A stretch of 56,568 nt of DNA from an uncultured virus (IMG/VR IMGVR_UViG_3300007511_001544) (taxonomy: Duplodnaviria > Heunggongvirae > Uroviricota > Caudoviricetes), in the IMG/VR virus record IMGVR_UViG_3300007511_001544, positions 62,001 to 118,568 of that record. The stretch is one strand, 5' to 3'. Of this stretch, positions 54,688-56,568 are shown piece after piece (position 1 is the first letter of the stretch; each line of letters starts with the position of its first letter). A model generated the notes under the pieces. The model searched no databases, was not told the origin of the DNA, and saw only the letters and a program-made list of their open reading frames with translations. The position numbers and the translations under genes are program-made.

Positions 54688-55146
54688 TTACTTCATCACG
54701 AGATCCATAAAGTGCTTAACCCACATACCACCAGCAGCAGTTGCTATGAGCCAGATGACCTTTTGCATACCTGCTTTCCAGTCTTGAAGCTTAGATACCT
54801 CAAGACGAAGCTCCTCTACCTCGTCCACATCTTTTTGGACTTGATTCTTCCACATAAGAACTTCTTGATGTTGCGCCACAATGGGTTTAGTTTCATTAAT
54901 ATATTCTTGGCGTCGGGCTGATTCCAGTTCCAACTCTTTAACTCGGCTAAAAAGCCCTGAGTCTGGCTCGTAAAGGCTTTTCTTTACGCCTCGCACGGCG
55001 TCAAGGACTTCCCGTTGGGAATCTTTGATGTGCTCAACATCTATCGCTAATTTATCAAACCCACCGTTGAGCGACTTAGCACTAGTAATTTTGTGCTCCA
55101 TATTTTCTACTTTTTGCAAAACAAGTTTTAAAAGATCATCGCTCAT
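54688..55146 (-). CDS. Coiled-coil protein with a C-terminal TM helix
   Basis: ATG 55146 after GGAG; heptads, then VIWLIATAAGG. Confidence 0.65.
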   Translation of the reverse strand: MSDDLLKLVLQKVENMEHKITSAKSLNGGFDKLAIDVEHIKDSQREVLDAVRGVKKSLYEPDSGLFSRVKELELESARRQEYINETKPIVAQHQEVLMWKNQVQKDVDEVEELRLEVSKLQDWKAGMQKVIWLIATAAGGMWVKHFMDLVMK

Positions 55147-55162
55147 TTGAGTGCTCCAATAT

Positions 55163-55197
55163 AAAAAAAGACCAGGCATAAAATACTCTGGTCTTTT
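55163..55197 (-). terminator. Terminator-like hairpin after groEL
   Basis: AAAAGACCAG...CTGGTCTTTT followed by a T run. Confidence 0.65.
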
Positions 55198-55239
55198 GTA
55201 TGAAACCGGCTGTTTTAATTAGTCGTTAGACTTGTGTTT

Positions 55240-56568
55240 TTATTCACCACCTTTCTTTAAAACAGCACAATTAGTTGTGAGCAGCGTTCCCGCTGCGCTA
55301 GCGGCGTTTTGTAACGCACACTTCACAGTTTTTGCTGGGTCGATGACGCCCGACTCGATTAAATCTTCAAAGTTTTCAGTCCTAGCATTAAAGCCAACAT
55401 TAAGACTCTCTTCATCATGAGGAAGGGTATTTATCACTAGGTCCGAGGACACGTCCGCATTCTTGAGTATCTGTTTCATTGGAGCCGTACACGCTTCTGC
55501 TAGAGCTTGAGCGCCCCGAAGTTCGTCCTCGTTGGCTAGCTCAACCCTTACCGCATGAGCAGCTTTTATCAAAGCTGTGCCGCCGCCAGGAACAATCCCC
55601 TCCTCTTGTGCTGACCTGACTGCCTCTAAGGCGTCCTCAACTCTGTGTTTCTTTTCTGTGACTTCGATTTCTGTTGCTCCTCCGATGCGAACGACGGCGA
55701 CGGCAGACTGAAGTCTTGTTATTCTCTCTTGGATTGCTTCGGCTTCCTTGAGGTCTTCTGTGTCTTCCATAAGAGCGGTGAGGGACTCTACTCTTTTTTC
55801 TAATTCCCCATAGTCAACGTCGCTGTCAGATAAGATAGTCCGTCTCTTGCTGATCTCTATTCTTTTCACAGACCCCAGGTGCTCCAGCTTGACATCCCTG
55901 AGTCTGATACCACTATCTTTGCTGACGAAGGTGGCTCCCGTAACCAGCGCAATATCCTCCAGAAGGCTGCGTCGCTCTTCGCCGTACTTGGGTGCCTTGA
56001 CTGCGGCAATCTTCATGTCATTTCGCATACGATTCATAATCAATGCCGCAAGAAGTTGACCCTCAATCTCTTCCGCCACAATAACAAAGGGGCGACCATC
56101 ACGAGCCACCACCTCTAAAATTGACAGCATCTCCTCAACATTGTCTAAAGTCTCGTCGGTCACAAACACGAGGGCATCTCTATATTCTATAACTGCACGC
56201 CTCTGGTCTGTTACAAACTGTGGAGAGACAAAGCCGCCATCGAAGCGGAAGCCCTCAACAACATCCAGAATAGTTTTCAGGGAACGGCTTTCCTCAATGG
56301 TGATAGACCCGTCTTTTCCTGCGGCAGCCACTGCCTCGGCAATCAATGCCCCTATAGCCTCATCGCCGTTGGCAGAAACTGTTGCAACATGTCGGATCTC
56401 TTCCTCGCTGGAAACTGGCTGTGCGAGTTCTGTAATCCTGTCACATATTGCCTCAACTGCTGCATCAATCCCTCTCTTGATATCAGTAGATGAGGCACCG
56501 GCAGCAATGTGCTTGTTGGCTGCTAGCAGTATGGCACGAGCCAAAACAGTACTGGTCGTTGTGCCATC
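55240..56568 (-). CDS. groEL: Chaperonin GroEL, 5' end outside the window
   Basis: Frame open to the edge, beginning DGTTTSTVLARA; SANGD, VKAP.YG, GGATE.E..EKKHRVEDAL.A, GGG, GVIDP; no GGM tail. Confidence 0.95.
   Translation of the reverse strand, partial: DGTTTSTVLARAILLAANKHIAAGASSTDIKRGIDAAVEAICDRITELAQPVSSEEEIRHVATVSANGDEAIGALIAEAVAAAGKDGSITIEESRSLKTILDVVEGFRFDGGFVSPQFVTDQRRAVIEYRDALVFVTDETLDNVEEMLSILEVVARDGRPFVIVAEEIEGQLLAALIMNRMRNDMKIAAVKAPKYGEERRSLLEDIALVTGATFVSKDSGIRLRDVKLEHLGSVKRIEISKRRTILSDSDVDYGELEKRVESLTALMEDTEDLKEAEAIQERITRLQSAVAVVRIGGATEIEVTEKKHRVEDALEAVRSAQEEGIVPGGGTALIKAAHAVRVELANEDELRGAQALAEACTAPMKQILKNADVSSDLVINTLPHDEESLNVGFNARTENFEDLIESGVIDPAKTVKCALQNAASAAGTLLTTNCAVLKKGGE

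Overview
This window reads as a 56.6 kb segment of a large (jumbo-type) tailed bacteriophage genome, using the standard genetic code with nearly all genes on the minus strand. It is not a cellular chromosome: host-like genes sit isolated among dense small ORFans, virion-like repeat proteins and repeated phage promoters. In coordinate order it contains: a translationally coupled sugar cluster (epimerase, PanB, ThDP enzyme, four glycosyltransferases); a PD-(D/E)XK nuclease; PIN-PhoH; a complete tmRNA (tag ANDDFEMEMAA); a ligase-like/HIGH-nucleotidyltransferase fusion; virion-like proteins; a trypsin-like protease; a plus-strand island with a Cys-repeat/vWA lipoprotein; two paralogous fibre-like proteins; five tRNAs with a minimal tilS embedded among them; two candidate structured ncRNAs; a transglycosylase; a HAD-type phosphomannomutase; YeaH-SpoVR-PrkA; an eight-gene operon sharing an N-terminal leader; a PilX-like pilin; a MoxR AAA/vWA-peptidase pair; FKBP; an Hc1-like protein; a YkuK RNase H-like protein; ClpP; glutaredoxin; and a partial GroEL. 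Two promoter classes are visible: sigma70-like TTGAC-N-TG-TAxTAT in front of GC-richer genes, and ACTA(T/C)TTAT in front of AT-rich structural-type genes. The strongest novelty candidates are (i) the leader-tagged operon of ADP-ribosyltransferase-like, 2H-phosphoesterase and peptidase cargo, (ii) a tilS frame that stops inside the anticodon loop of its own substrate tRNA, (iii) a promoter-driven long-hairpin RNA followed by an anticodon-less tRNA mimic, and (iv) a PanB/ThDP branched-sugar pathway. All protein calls come from motif recognition by eye; no database searches were run.
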